Source: Ostrea edulis
Taxonomy: Eukaryota
Length of the DNA: 64,000 nucleotides
NCBI RefSeq assembly: GCF_947568905.1
Contig: NC_079172.1
Location: forward strand, 6,820,001 to 6,884,000
Direction: 5' to 3'
The position numbers and the translations under genes were made by a program. Positions 1 through 12,021 of the stretch are shown in pieces (the first letter of the stretch is position 1; each line of letters opens with the position of its first letter). The notes beneath the pieces were generated by a model. The model ran no database searches and was not told the DNA's origin. It was given only the letters and a program-made list of their open reading frames with translations.

Positions 1-1080
1 GTTTCTTTGACTTTGTTATTCTGTATTCTCTATGATTGTGTGATTTCAATGATTTTATCTTTATACAGTTCTATAATTCCATCATCCCGTAATTCTATGA
101 TTGCGTGATTTCCACGATTCTATAACTTTGTTATTCTGTATTCTCTATGATTGCGTGATTTCCACGATTCTATGACTTTGTTATTCTGTATTCTCTATGA
201 TTGCGTGATTTCAATGATTTTATCTTTATAAGGTTCTATAATTCTATGATCCTGTAATTCTATGATTGCGTGATTTCCACGATTCTATGACTTTGTTATT
301 CTGTATTCTCTATGATTGCGTGATTTCCACGATTCTATGACTTTGTTATTCTGTATTCTCTATGATTGCGTGATTTCCACGATTCTATGACTTTGTTATT
401 CTGTATTCTCTATGATTGCGTGATTTCCACGATTCTATGACTTTGTTATTCTGTATTCTCTATGATTGCGTGATTTCCACGATTCTATGACTTTGTTATT
501 CTATTATTCTCCGTTATCAATATCTTGTGATTCTATAATACTATTTTTCTGTGATTCTGCAATTCTCTGATTTTGTGATTTCTTTAATTCTGTAATTCTA
601 CGGTTCTGTGATTTACATGATTCTGCAATTCTCTGATTTTGTGATTCTATAACTCTGTGATTCCTCTGATTATAAGAATTGTGATTTCTATTATTCTATG
701 ATTTCTATAGTTTTATGATTTCTATAGTTTTATGATTTCTATAGTTTTATGATTTCTATAGTTTTATGATTTCTATAGTTTTATGATTTCTATGATGTTG
801 TGATTCTATGACTGTGATTTTATGATGTTGTGATTCTATGACTGTGATTCCTCTGATTATAAGAATTGTGATTCTATGATTCTCCAATTCCTTGATTCTA
901 TTGTTCTTTGTTATACATGTAACTATATTGTGATTCCATGATACTGTTATTTTGTAATTCTATGATTCTGTAAGTCCATGATTTTGTTATTTCAATGATT
1001 CTGTAAGTCCTTTGGTATAACTATATTGCGATTCCATGACAATATTATTCTGTAATTCTGGGATTCAATCGTTTCAAAAG
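1..1080. repeat. Composite tandem-repeat block (50-bp unit, 17-bp unit, degenerate GATTCTATG-rich tail)
   Basis: Unit TGACTTTGTTATTCTGTATTCTCTATGATTGCGTGATTTCCACGATTCTA recurs with a 50-bp period (CTTTGTTATT at 291, 341, 391, 441, 491). Unit TATGATTTCTATAGTTT is tandem at ~697-790. Degenerate related motifs continue to ~1080. Truncated by the window start. Confidence 0.9.
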
Positions 1081-1327
1081 AGAAATTTCATGCAGAAAAT
1101 ATCTGATTAAAACTTACATGTACTGTTCATATGGCTAAGGTGCATATGCTTAATATTGCAAGGTTTTCAGGCTCATAAATAACAGTGTTCTTAAATTTAC
1201 ATCTTTTGAAAGAAAAACAGTCATCGAGTAATATAACAATAATTGAGACCCTTTGATTTTTATTACTTCATCAATATTTTCTTTCTTTGGTGAAACAGTC
1301 TCCCGCGTCATAGGAAAGGAACCACAT

Positions 1328-1360
1328 ATCACTGTTCTTTATCTTCACCTTTCATATACT
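1328..1360 (+). mobile_element. Short 3'-terminal fragment of a dispersed retroelement family (Penelope-like by recall)
   Basis: ATCACTGTTCTTTATCTTCACCTTTCATATACT closely matches 60090-60129 in this window. The family assignment is recalled, not searched. Confidence 0.35.
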
Positions 1361-2281
1361 AATCTATACCGTCGACGATTTCATTGATTTCTTAACAATG
1401 TTGTGTGCAAATTCACTAGAGCATATTAAAGATCAATTTTAATCTTAACGTTCAATATTGGTAGCTAGAGATATGAGAGTATTGTCAATTAATTTGACAT
1501 ATTCGAGTACCCTGTATTCAAACAAGATATGTTGATTCCACGCCATCATCTTTTAAAGTTAGTTCACAGGGGTTATCCTAGGTAAATCATCATGATCACA
1601 AGAAGATTTTGTAATCAGGATTATTGTACAAAGATAATGCATTTCTTGTATAAAATCGCAATCAATTTTACATTGATTTATTTATATCTAAAACATTTTT
1701 CACACTTCTACTACTTCCCACTCTTCTTACACTATACACTCTCTAAGTAAACAAGTAGATGTATGAAGGTCAACAATCAATGAGATTTAATCTGTTCGAA
1801 TGTTTAAATACTTTTGCAACCATAATCCTACCTTTTCAATATCCAAAATGGCTGAGGTTTTTTTTCTTCTCATAAAACCTTCAGTGCCATTTCAAGGAGG
1901 AATCAATATCTAATTTTTGAAAACTAAAACGCACTCTTGTTGAGACCTCATTGATCTAACAAAATGGCATTTTAGTGGGCAAGAGATGTTATGCAAAATC
2001 TTTAAAATTTCAGTATGGTTTCGATTGCGTTCTATGTTCATGTTACAAGTACAATTTGTGATTAAATGTCAAACTTTATTGTACAAAGTTAGCGTTGTTA
2101 TTTTCTTATATTTCATAATTTGGAAAATATGTTATGAACATTAGCAGGCATTCCATTCCACAGCCAACGTTGTACCAAAACCAAAATGTCTTGTATGAAT
2201 AAGTACAACAAAAATATATTCTAAAATTACAATTATGTTGAACACAGATGAAAATTAGTTCATGGGAATTGAATAAAGTTC

Positions 2282-3790
2282 CTATGATTTATAGTCTTTC
2301 CTTTTCCGACCTTTCATTTTAAACTTTTTCATAGACAGTGGTTTAACGTCGGGCTCGTCCGCCGCCTCTATGTGTAAAATGTCTACGTCATCAGGACAGG
2401 CGGGAATGCTATCATCAATGTAAGGCTCTAAGTCTTTGTCGAACTCGTTCTCCTTTAGACTGTGGAGCCAGTTGAACACTTTGAGGTTTCTATGTGATCG
2501 ATTCAACACTTGTCCTCTGTTCCATATTTCCAAATCTTTTATCTTTATTTCGTGATAGCGTGGTCGACCCATGCGAATACGTATATCATCTTTGATCACA
2601 AGGCTAAGATCAGGCGTGATGCGAATTCTCTGCACCATTTTTGGCACTGCGCAGTAATCTTCATCTGTATACGAAGGAAATTCTTCATGGCGACCAATCA
2701 TCGTTTGTCGTTGGTTCGTTTCCCCGAATCCTGTGACCAGATTTATTGCCATAGTGGTGGACATAATCTTTTTCTGAACACGATTTGTCAAACCTCGCCT
2801 TAAATCCATCTCTAAGATTTGTGTGTCTCCCTTCCACACCGACACTCTTTCTTCTTGATTTGCTGGAGACATTGATCGGGGAGAAGGTGTTACTGGTGCT
2901 GCTGACCCGAGGCTTGATGTTGTAATTGTAGTTCGAGTTTGCATTCGATGAGAGAGAAATGATCGTCTTCCACCTCGAGAACGTTGCCTCTGTTGCATCA
3001 AGGCTATTTTTTCTCGTATTCTTTGCTGTCTTATTTCCTCCAAATTGATACCACGACTTCGAGGTTTAGCACCAACTGATAAAGCTCTCCGAAGCTGTCT
3101 AGGTTGTTGAAGGACGTAAGTATCCTTTACATTGCTTAGACTGGGAGACTTTTTAAGCTTTCCAGCAAACAATCGACTCCTTTTTATGCCCACTGATCTC
3201 AACATTCTCTGCTCGTCTTTATCCATGTTTCGGAAAGCTTCACTTTCGTCATCATCAATGCGTTGTACAACGTCCATTCTCATTGCATTATGAGTTTTTG
3301 AAAACCTATCCAAAGCACCTTTGGAGCGTTGCCTAGCGAATTCCTCCCATTTTGATCCTATCTTTTCAATAGCGGAAGGAGCTCTTGAACTTAAGTTTTT
3401 CTTTTTACGTCGGCGCTTTGTAGCTGTACATACAAGTGTTTCCGGTGATGTGGCTCTTGTTGAGCATGAGAGCAAGGACAATTTAGTAGATATAGATTCA
3501 TCACTCGGAATTCGTTGCAAAGACGGCTTTTTACCGAGTCGACCCGAGTATACTGGTTGTCGAGGAGGTTTGACCGTAGGTTCGATTGGTACTATCACGT
3601 AATCAGGCATCCATGTTTGTAGCGCTTGCGACAAACGTCCCTCATCCGTCTGGGTGTCATCGAAACTGAACTCAGAAGACGATTCGAACGCCATCAGACC
3701 ATCATCTGTTGTTCTTGATCGTCTAGAAAGAGGAGTTCTGGGCAAGCTATATTTGTCCTCCTCCCGGTACGAACCAATCAACGGTCCCAT
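2282..3790 (-). CDS. Uncharacterised basic, Ser/Arg-rich protein, 502 aa, intronless CDS
   Basis: 1509-bp uninterrupted ORF in DNA where chance ORFs are under ~120 aa. First ATG at 3790 (the ORF track starts at a TTG at 3823); TAG at 2282-2284. Contains an NLS-like RRRKKK, a coiled-coil-like LEEIRQQRIREKIALMQQRQR, and a more globular-looking C-terminal segment (RMGRPRYHEI...HRNLKVFNWLHSL). No family recognised. Confidence 0.85.
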   Translation of the reverse strand: MGPLIGSYREEDKYSLPRTPLSRRSRTTDDGLMAFESSSEFSFDDTQTDEGRLSQALQTWMPDYVIVPIEPTVKPPRQPVYSGRLGKKPSLQRIPSDESISTKLSLLSCSTRATSPETLVCTATKRRRKKKNLSSRAPSAIEKIGSKWEEFARQRSKGALDRFSKTHNAMRMDVVQRIDDDESEAFRNMDKDEQRMLRSVGIKRSRLFAGKLKKSPSLSNVKDTYVLQQPRQLRRALSVGAKPRSRGINLEEIRQQRIREKIALMQQRQRSRGGRRSFLSHRMQTRTTITTSSLGSAAPVTPSPRSMSPANQEERVSVWKGDTQILEMDLRRGLTNRVQKKIMSTTMAINLVTGFGETNQRQTMIGRHEEFPSYTDEDYCAVPKMVQRIRITPDLSLVIKDDIRIRMGRPRYHEIKIKDLEIWNRGQVLNRSHRNLKVFNWLHSLKENEFDKDLEPYIDDSIPACPDDVDILHIEAADEPDVKPLSMKKFKMKGRKRKDYKS

Positions 3791-6700
3791 TATATCGTCG
3801 ATGTGAAAAAAAAAATCAACCAATTATGAACAATCGAAACATTGAAAAATTACATTTTAGTTCTTGCCAAGGAGTCCATCACAAACTTCCTGTTACGATG
3901 TGGAAGTTTTATCTCTAACATTAAAACAATGTCCAGGCGATCAATTCCAATGATTGGAGCTTGTATGAATTCGGAGCTTTGGTTCTCGTGTAAACATTTA
4001 TTCAAGTCTTTGCCACGTTATTGGAATAGTGGTCGCAGAATCAAATAGTCCGAGCTTCCAGGCAAACATGCAATAGTGACGCTGATCCGTTTACAATCTC
4101 GAGATTAACGCTGGGTAATCCTCCACGCAAGTTTCGTTATTCTAGAGGTCCTTTTATACCATTGCTCAGTTGAATTCTAAGACCCTCCTATTCCTGATTA
4201 AATAGAAAATATGATTAAAGGTTTTTCCAAACAAGTCCGAGTTTTAAAAGTCAAAAGCTAAAATCTTTTCGAACTAGGATCTGGGCATTGTTATAATGCT
4301 GTTACGTAAAGGACTGAACATTTGTAGCATTTCAGGCAGAAAGGATCAATACCTAACAACACACGCCAAACCTTTTTTTAAAACAATGATTTGTTTTGAA
4401 TTATGTGAATAAGCTTCCTAAACATGAAATTTGCAATTTGGAACCAGTAAGTCCATAACGGTAAAAAATAAAAATAAAAAATAGGCCAATGCATATGGTC
4501 ATTTGTAATGTCTTTCTTACAACATTTTATACATGAGGGGTGTGGATAAATACGTTCTCTGTGTTTATATCCCTGTAATACAAGCAGATGGACATTAATT
4601 CCTTATACATTTCAATCATATTGGTTTCGTTTTAGGAATATATGATCTTATGTCAAGTTTAAGGGTCGGTGTTTTAGCAAGAAGTACATTCAATGAAACA
4701 GCAGAGGTGTATTATTTACGAAACATTGGTACATACATATACAGGCAAATATTTACCAAGAAAACTCGACGGTCAATGAAATAACGAGTAATAGCTTCAT
4801 TGTTTTAAACTTTATCAGAACTACCTCATTTACAGGGGAGACGTGTTGTAAGAATAGCAATCGTTAAAACTTTCTAAAAGATTGACAAATTTTAAAGTTT
4901 TATTCTTCCCTGGCTTAGAAAGCTCAAAGTGATTCCCTGAATGGGTAAGTTGACTCTTTTGTCTATATGATTCTCTTGTATTGGCAGCAAAGAGGGAATC
5001 TACCAATCTAAGGAAAGGAACAGAGAAACTGATCATTTCTTTTTTTAAAGTTATATTTTGTGTTTGTATCATAGATTTTTTGCGTAATTTGACGCCTGTC
5101 GCTCTAGATTAGCAATTTGTTGTGACTACGGTTCGGTTGTACGCTGGCTATCGATTGCCACAGTAGGATATCTACTAGGTCCAGGCGCCACCGAATCGAT
5201 CTCGGGACGAAGAACCAGTTTACTTAAATAATTAATTTCGTTGGGGTTATTTCTTAGCTTGTTTACTAAATAATGACAGCTTTATACGTCTTTAGGTGGA
5301 CAAAATTAGCAATGGTGAGTAGTTTTCATTATTTCCTCAAAATTATGGAAAAAGACGTGCGATTTTGTGAATATTCTATGTGTGTAAAAAGTATAAAAGC
5401 AGGAAATATTTACTAAGAAAAATATATACTTACTTTTTGTTTCAGAAGAACATGTATTAGTGTTTGTTGTTTTTAAATTTGATTTATGTACATGTATTTA
5501 ATATTCTGTCACGTATGTGGTCTGGATAGAATAGATTTTGATTTACATCTTAAATGATGTAACAATTGTATTTCTATTTGATACTTAAATAAACTAATCA
5601 TATCATTATTTTCATCATCATTATCCTAAACGTACATGAAATACAGAGATGAAAATATGTTCAATATGAAAAAACATTAGTTAAAAAGAAATGCAGTGGT
5701 TGGTCTGAATCAATTCAATTTGCAGTCGCTTTGTTCTTGACACATTTTAATGTCCAAGAGTCACGGGTCTTTTGATTAAGATCCTGAATTAAATGTAAAA
5801 TTATTAAAGTATTCAAAATTAGCAGTAAGTTGGCAAAAGACTATTGCCGAATGTTCTTCCTGAAATATGCTTTGCATATAATAGATGTTTATTAATTAAA
5901 TAAGAATTGAAAATCTTGACACAATCTATAGATATCGGGCGTGTCCTCAAACGTATGACAACGATAATTAAAACAATCGACTGTAACTAAACCATGCCCG
6001 AAAATAACTTCTTTTTCTCATTTGGAAATTCTTTTTCTCCCATTACTTCTCAAATAAAGCGATTTTGATCGATAGTTTAAAGCCATTCAAACACATTTCT
6101 CTCTGGTGGTTGTTTTATTTCGACACTTGAAACGTATATAGCATTTAAAAACCGGCGACATGAAAGTAAATCTTACCCGTATTGTTACGATGGCTAATTT
6201 CGATTGCATTAAAATGTATCGTCATTGAATATCTTGTATCCTCCGTGACTGACTTGAACACACAATTAATCTACTATTGAATAGCTTGAACTATGTTGCG
6301 GCTTTAGTTTTGAGTCCTCTTTAAATCACCCGTATTTTCTCTGGAATTTAAATGTTCATTAAATACGTGATACCGAATTTGTCATCAATTGAAAGTCATT
6401 ATCGGGCTCGTGCTGAAAAGACAACAAAGATTGACATTTTTCGCTGCCCAGGTCTGAGACTCCTCTCGAGTACTTATCAACGACTGATTAAGTCAAGCAG
6501 GCCCTTACATGAAGAAATTAAGTTCATTTGGATGCTTGTTAAGATGATAATGTTTTCCTATTTATTTTACATTTTGAAGAATTTTGCATGTATGTAAAAA
6601 CTAAACTGTCTCATCTTCCTAGAGAGTGAATATTTATGTAAACTGTATACCATAAACAAAAAATACACTTATACAGGTAGTATAATATTCCATTTTGGGA

Positions 6701-7921
6701 ATAAACACTAAGCAAATGAGGCTATAGGATTACGTATTTATAAATATTAGATAAAGCCTCAATCATATAAACAGATGAACATGCATGGGAAGAAAATTAA
6801 CTAGACATGTTTACTACCTCTCGGCCATTCCTCTTCCATTAAGTCCACAAAGGTGATGAAGCTCCATGCAAGAAAAACGGTACTGCTCCGAGATGAGGCA
6901 CCCGCCCTCCGACACAGTAAAATCTGCACTGCTATGACACTGTAAAATCTGCACTGCTAGGAATCTTTCATTTCTTCACAATGTTTTTTTCTGAAAGACT
7001 TCCGTAATTCGCCGTCCGAAAACATTCAAAGAATAAATTACATAATTTAGAATCAAGTCAGTGACTTCTATATGGTGATTTCCCCCCACACATCCGGTCA
7101 CCGTTGTAACAGTTTCTGAACACATGAAATCAAGTCAGTTTTAGAAGCGGCGACTCGTGTGTTAACATCCCTGCAATCCTCAGATTCTTATCTCCCAGAC
7201 TTCTGCCGCTACCTTCCTTATATATGGAAGTCCCACCTGCTACATAGAATCAACCTTGGAAAAATTACATATACCGAGACCGCGGGCTCTTGTGTGAAAT
7301 CGGAGCGGGGTACCCTTGTACGGCCCTCTTTTGTGCACACTGTAAACTATCGGATTGAATTAGGAAATCTTTACACGTTCCATTCTTATTTTTGAATTAC
7401 TTATCGTCAATTGAAACGATAAGATTTAAAATTCAAAATCGCACTGCTATAGGGGGTTTTAAGAACATATGGTGCATGACTTCATATCGTTGCCACAAGT
7501 CAACACTGTTTGTTATTAACTTTATATATATATATACCCTCTTTGACAACACTGAAATGTCGCAGGAAGAAAAGCGCGGAATTATTGACCAGTATAAGCC
7601 ATTGAGATATACCAACCATTTATCAACTAATTATGATATCAAGTTTTTTCATAATTCCTTTGCATATGAAACATTCGCGTGTATCTAGGGCTCTCCGTGC
7701 GTGTTGGAGATATCTACCTGGATATATTTATCTACAGTTTCCAAATTAACAATTGTTATGTTTTTGTGTCGTGCTGTCATCGGCATTAAACGAAAAATCT
7801 GTCACTCGGACTACTTTAAATGCAACAAATAATTTAATTGACTTAAGTAGCTGGCCACCCCGGAGATTCGGTTAAGGTATTGACGGCTTGTACATGCTAT
7901 GAATTGAATTGCACTGAACTA

Positions 7922-8004
7922 CATCTTCCCAAGTCAAGGGTTTCTGATCCGCTCCATATCTATGTGGAGCGGAGCTGATCAGAAACCCTTGACTCGGGCA
8001 GATG
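7922..8004. mobile_element. 83-bp hairpin MITE with near-perfect 9-bp TSD
   Basis: Arms CATCTTCCCAAGTCAAGGGTTTCTGATC and GATCAGAAACCCTTGACTCGGGCAGATG are inverted. Flanks are ACTGAACTA (7913-7921) and GCTGAACTA (8005-8013). Confidence 0.7.
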
Positions 8005-8892
8005 GCTGAACTAATAATGTATATAAGTGTCTCAAAAGCGATGATGATTTTATTTTAAAATAACTGCATCACTGTACAACTGAAATTATTGAACAGTCAT
8101 TTTCCCGTTATTCTAAAGATTTCAACTGTTATCAAGACAAGATGAATCTATTCAAAGCGACATCAAATCATGGCAATGCTGTGTTTACAGCATATTGACA
8201 AAAGTTCTGTTTCTGATAAAAAAAAAATTAGTGACTCTGCACATGGTGATTAATTGATCCACTTTGTAAATTTTAAAAACATTGCGAACTATTTTAAGTC
8301 GATAGATTCGGGTAAAATGTCGATCTAAGGAACAAAAGGCTACTCCATAATTTCTCAGTTTTGCATTTTGTAGTGATCGGAAAAAGACAACACGTACAAC
8401 AAAAAATGCATCACAAAACGTACTTTATACCTTGGTATGTTATTTTAAAGTGACAAATTATATGAGATGGTAAACACATGGATAGTTATCGATCCGGATG
8501 ACCTACATCAAAGCCGGAAAACTTTAAAAATTCGGTCGGCAGAATATTTCATATACATAATATACATTTATACTGTACATATCGCATCACAAGCCCGTCG
8601 GCGACTTAGGTTTTCCTATCTGATAAAGATGGCAAAATTCTTAAGTATACATGTACCATAAAATGGCGTTAAGATATTCGTATGCGTACATTCCTTGCAG
8701 TTTTGGAATTTTTTAAATCATCCGTTGTACCTTTGGAAATTAAATCCAAACTACGAGTTCCCTGTCTCAACAGATGTTGCATACAAAAGTATATCATTGA
8801 GCTTAGTATTCCTCTAATGTCAGTTACATGTGATGTCCCGTGCTAGACAGCCTGTTTAGTTTTCAATTACGTCCACATATGTACACACCCAC

Positions 8893-9214
8893 CAGGGCCG
8901 TAAATTAACCTTCAATTTGGAGGAGGCAGGAAATTAGGCGGGGGTCTGGGGGCCACCCAGGCCCCCAGACGCTGAGCACATTTTGTGCACACTGAACACG
9001 TTTCGTGCAAAATCCTTGATTCTAGGGCCTTCTAAGATGTTACTTGACTAACTCATTCTAAAAGAAAGATTTGGAATGCTTTTTAAGGGAGGTATCATGT
9101 TCTTAGTTATTGGAAACAACATAAATTCTAATGAACTTTAAATTTTAATTTTGTTTGGCTCAAAAGTTGGAGGAGGCAGCTGCCTCCCCCGCCTCCATGT
9201 AATTTACGTCCCTG
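8893..9214. mobile_element. 322-bp TIR MITE (CAGGG termini)
   Basis: 15-bp TIR CAGGGCCGTAAATTA / TAATTTACGTCCCTG with 1 mismatch. CCCAC flanks both sides (8888-8892, 9215-9219). No ORF. Confidence 0.7.
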
Positions 9215-10329
9215 CCCACCCCAAATGCATAAGATGATATTCATAATCACAACTATCCCGACCCATCGAATTGACAATGAAGCAACCACCATGCCTTTAA
9301 CGGGGCTAGTTTGAACTTGCATACATACAGAAAGATACGTCACACTCAAAAATACATCTTTTAAAAAATACTAGTACATGTACATGCGTACACAAAAAAC
9401 TTTAGATGTATTTTTGGATACTAGGACATGAATGTTTTTGGTACATCCTTTAGGGCAACAGAACTAACTCAATTTCATTTTCAATTAATTGCTGATATGC
9501 AAAATCATTTTCTAGAAAAGTAAGATTACCACTTTAATTGCGGTATATTTTCATGTTACAGGTACATATAGCATTAGTACAATGAATGTAATTTGTTATT
9601 TTAGGTGCAAAACTCAATACTTTTTATTTTAAGATAAAGTGAAGTCAATGCGCTTTTAGGCACCTGTTCCAAGTGTATTTCACTTTTAAATTCGAACGAA
9701 ACACATGGAGACAGTGGCCATATTCACAAAAAATCTTACGACTTATATTATAATTTTGTGTCTGCTTTATAATCAATGGAATGCAACTATGCCCCGAGTA
9801 AGAATGCCAGTTTTATCATTTATGTATAGACTTTTAAAGTTTCACTCAATTGTAAGATTTTTTGCGAAAAGGGCTCAAGATTTCTGCATGCCACACACTG
9901 CGTATAAACATGTATAACACCAACCTTCTTCATTCTATGTTATTTTTTTGAATGTGTTAGATGCATTCATTAGACCCATATAGAATGCCTTTGGATATTG
10001 AGGAGACAAGGGTTTAGGGTTTAAATGTGGACACAGGCAGGGTAAATGAGTTGTGTTTGTGAGAGTCGAAAAGTCAGAACATGACTAGACTGACCAAGAC
10101 CAAAAAAAAAACAAAAAAAAAAATCCGACTCGACCTTTCATTACCTTAAAAGATTCAAAGCTTGTGAATATTTCATAATTTATGATCAGGTTATAAAATT
10201 TGACCTTTATAGCCAATTTCTATATTTCTTTGAGCCAACTGGCTCACCAGAGTAACAATTGAACACAGTGATATTTGAAGGTAATTCAGAGAGTGTGAAC
10301 GTACAAAGTAAACAGGTAAATAACTAAAC

Positions 10330-10620
10330 ATCAGTGTGACATTCTCTTTTAAATTAGTATAGCAGCACTCAAAATGTTTCCCAATTTTAACAAATCGCTG
10401 ACATTACTAGTAGTTAATAATTGAATTAATTTAAAAACACTTGGTCTAGAATAATACCTTTTCATTTCCCCCCTCAAATCGTTATACAGTGGACATTTCA
10501 ATATGAAATGAAATTCGTCCTCATTATCATGGAGATCACAACATGTAGACAATCTGTTAGATTTGATAACGTTGTAGTTTCTACCTAATTCAATGTTCAG
10601 AAGATGGTTAGACAACCTAC
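10330..10620 (-). mobile_element. Non-LTR retrotransposon (LINE) ORF2 C-terminal fragment
   Basis: Translation CCDLHDNEDEFHFILKCPLYNDLR...RPSVFKLIQLL matches the Cys/His-containing C-terminal motif that follows the RT domain in invertebrate LINEs. No RT core is present. Confidence 0.7.
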
Positions 10621-10883
10621 ATTTAGTTAATAACCTTCTGTGGTTTTTTTTAATCTATGGGTTTTGTTAAATAAACAGCAATTATCGATAAGGTGATGAT
10701 ATAAGTAGCCTTTTGAAGATCAAACAATATTTTCAAACAAATTTTGTTAATGTAGATCTAGAAGTCTTTGCTTTATAACAGAAAAATATCTCAAGTCTAT
10801 GTGATTTTCTGACCATATATAGTTTAAACCAAGTGACATCAATTCATTTTTTTTTTTATGTAAAATCCATTTCTCATTTCGTA

Positions 10884-10984
10884 CAATCTAATTAAAATTA
10901 GATCCTTTGATCCGCTCACGTATATCACAACCTTGTGTAGCGATATACGTGAGCGGATCAAAGGATCTAATTTTAATTAGATTG
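10884..10984. mobile_element. 101-bp perfect-hairpin MITE with 9-bp TSD
   Basis: 43-bp perfect inverted arms (CAATCTAATTAAAATTAGATCCTTTGATCCGCTCACGTATATC) and a 15-nt loop. Exact direct repeat CATTTCGTA at 10875-10883 and 10985-10993. Confidence 0.85.
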
Positions 10985-11952
10985 CATTTCGTACCACTAA
11001 ATTTTCGTAACAAGATTTGAGAATTCAATTTTCTGTTGCTCTTAATTTGAACCAATATTTGAAACTTCGAAGTTTCATTTTAGCAACCAATGGCAAACCA
11101 TGTTATTAACCATAATGTGGGGTATTTTCGTTTTTGCTTTTCTTGTTCAATCCGACACAAACTCCCCCCCCCCCCCCCCCCACCCCTCCTGTCCGCTCAC
11201 TCAACAAAATTTAAAACGTGATCTGTACCTGCCTATAACATTTGATTTTTCTAACATCGGACAAAAATTTAATTGGAAATCTCAAAATTGATTATCATAT
11301 ACTTTTTGGTCGTCCATTCAAACCTCGCTTCTCTACCCACTTTCCACCAGGCTTCTTACTTGTAGATGTAAGGAATGGTATATTATTAGATCTTTATAAG
11401 ATTAATATGATTATTTAGCTACCTTCCAAAGACCATATTTACCTTGCCTTCGGTGGATAAATCGATTATGAAAAGCGAGGTAACTCAAAATGAATAAATA
11501 TTTTGGAAAAAAAAAATACAGATAACAAGAGATGAATTAAGAAAATTTACTTACTTGTAGCCTCACCGAATCAGTACTCCTTATACATGTATAATACTCA
11601 TTAACATATATCTAATCTTCTCGATGAAATATATTTTTCTTTTGACATTAAAATCCTACATACCATTAGCTTACATATATACAAAGAAAGGAAGAATACC
11701 TGTCTCCAAGTTATTTGTATTTCTGGGAGAAGGAGGGGGTAAAACAGTGGAAGCGTTTGGGGATAATACCAGCATTATAATTAGCTTCCTTTGTCTATAT
11801 ACCCTCAATAAAAACTACCTAGACATAGGCACCTGGGGACCACTTTCTAGTATTGTTCTCCGTAATAACAAGGTAAAAATGCATGGTTAAAAACAATTTT
11901 TTACAGAACTTTTCCAAAAACTTAACTTCCATGTCTTAAATACACAGCTTTA

Positions 11953-12021
11953 GCTGCAGATCTGTAGATCTCTCAGAAAGATATGTCCCAATATTTTTTC
12001 AGAGAGCTACAGATCTGCAGC
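11953..12021. repeat. Imperfect inverted repeat (hairpin)
   Basis: GCTGCAGATCTGTAGATCTCTCAGAAA pairs with TTTCAGAGAGCTACAGATCTGCAGC. Probably part of a decayed DNA element. Confidence 0.6.

Noticed and set aside
2510-3602. Antisense ORFs inside the 502-aa CDS, and similar ones inside 14455-15765 and 47209-47499
   Set aside because: Shadow frames of real coding sequence.
3791-3823. TTG-initiated 11-aa N-terminal extension in the ORF track
   Set aside because: Non-ATG starts are unlikely in an animal gene and the segment is a poly-T tract. The ATG at 3790 is preferred.
6352-6597. 81-aa ORF and nearby GC-richer segments at 6380-7330
   Set aside because: No recognisable domain and no phase-consistent exon chain. 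Possibly TE remnants or non-coding 5' exons, which cannot be determined from the sequence alone.
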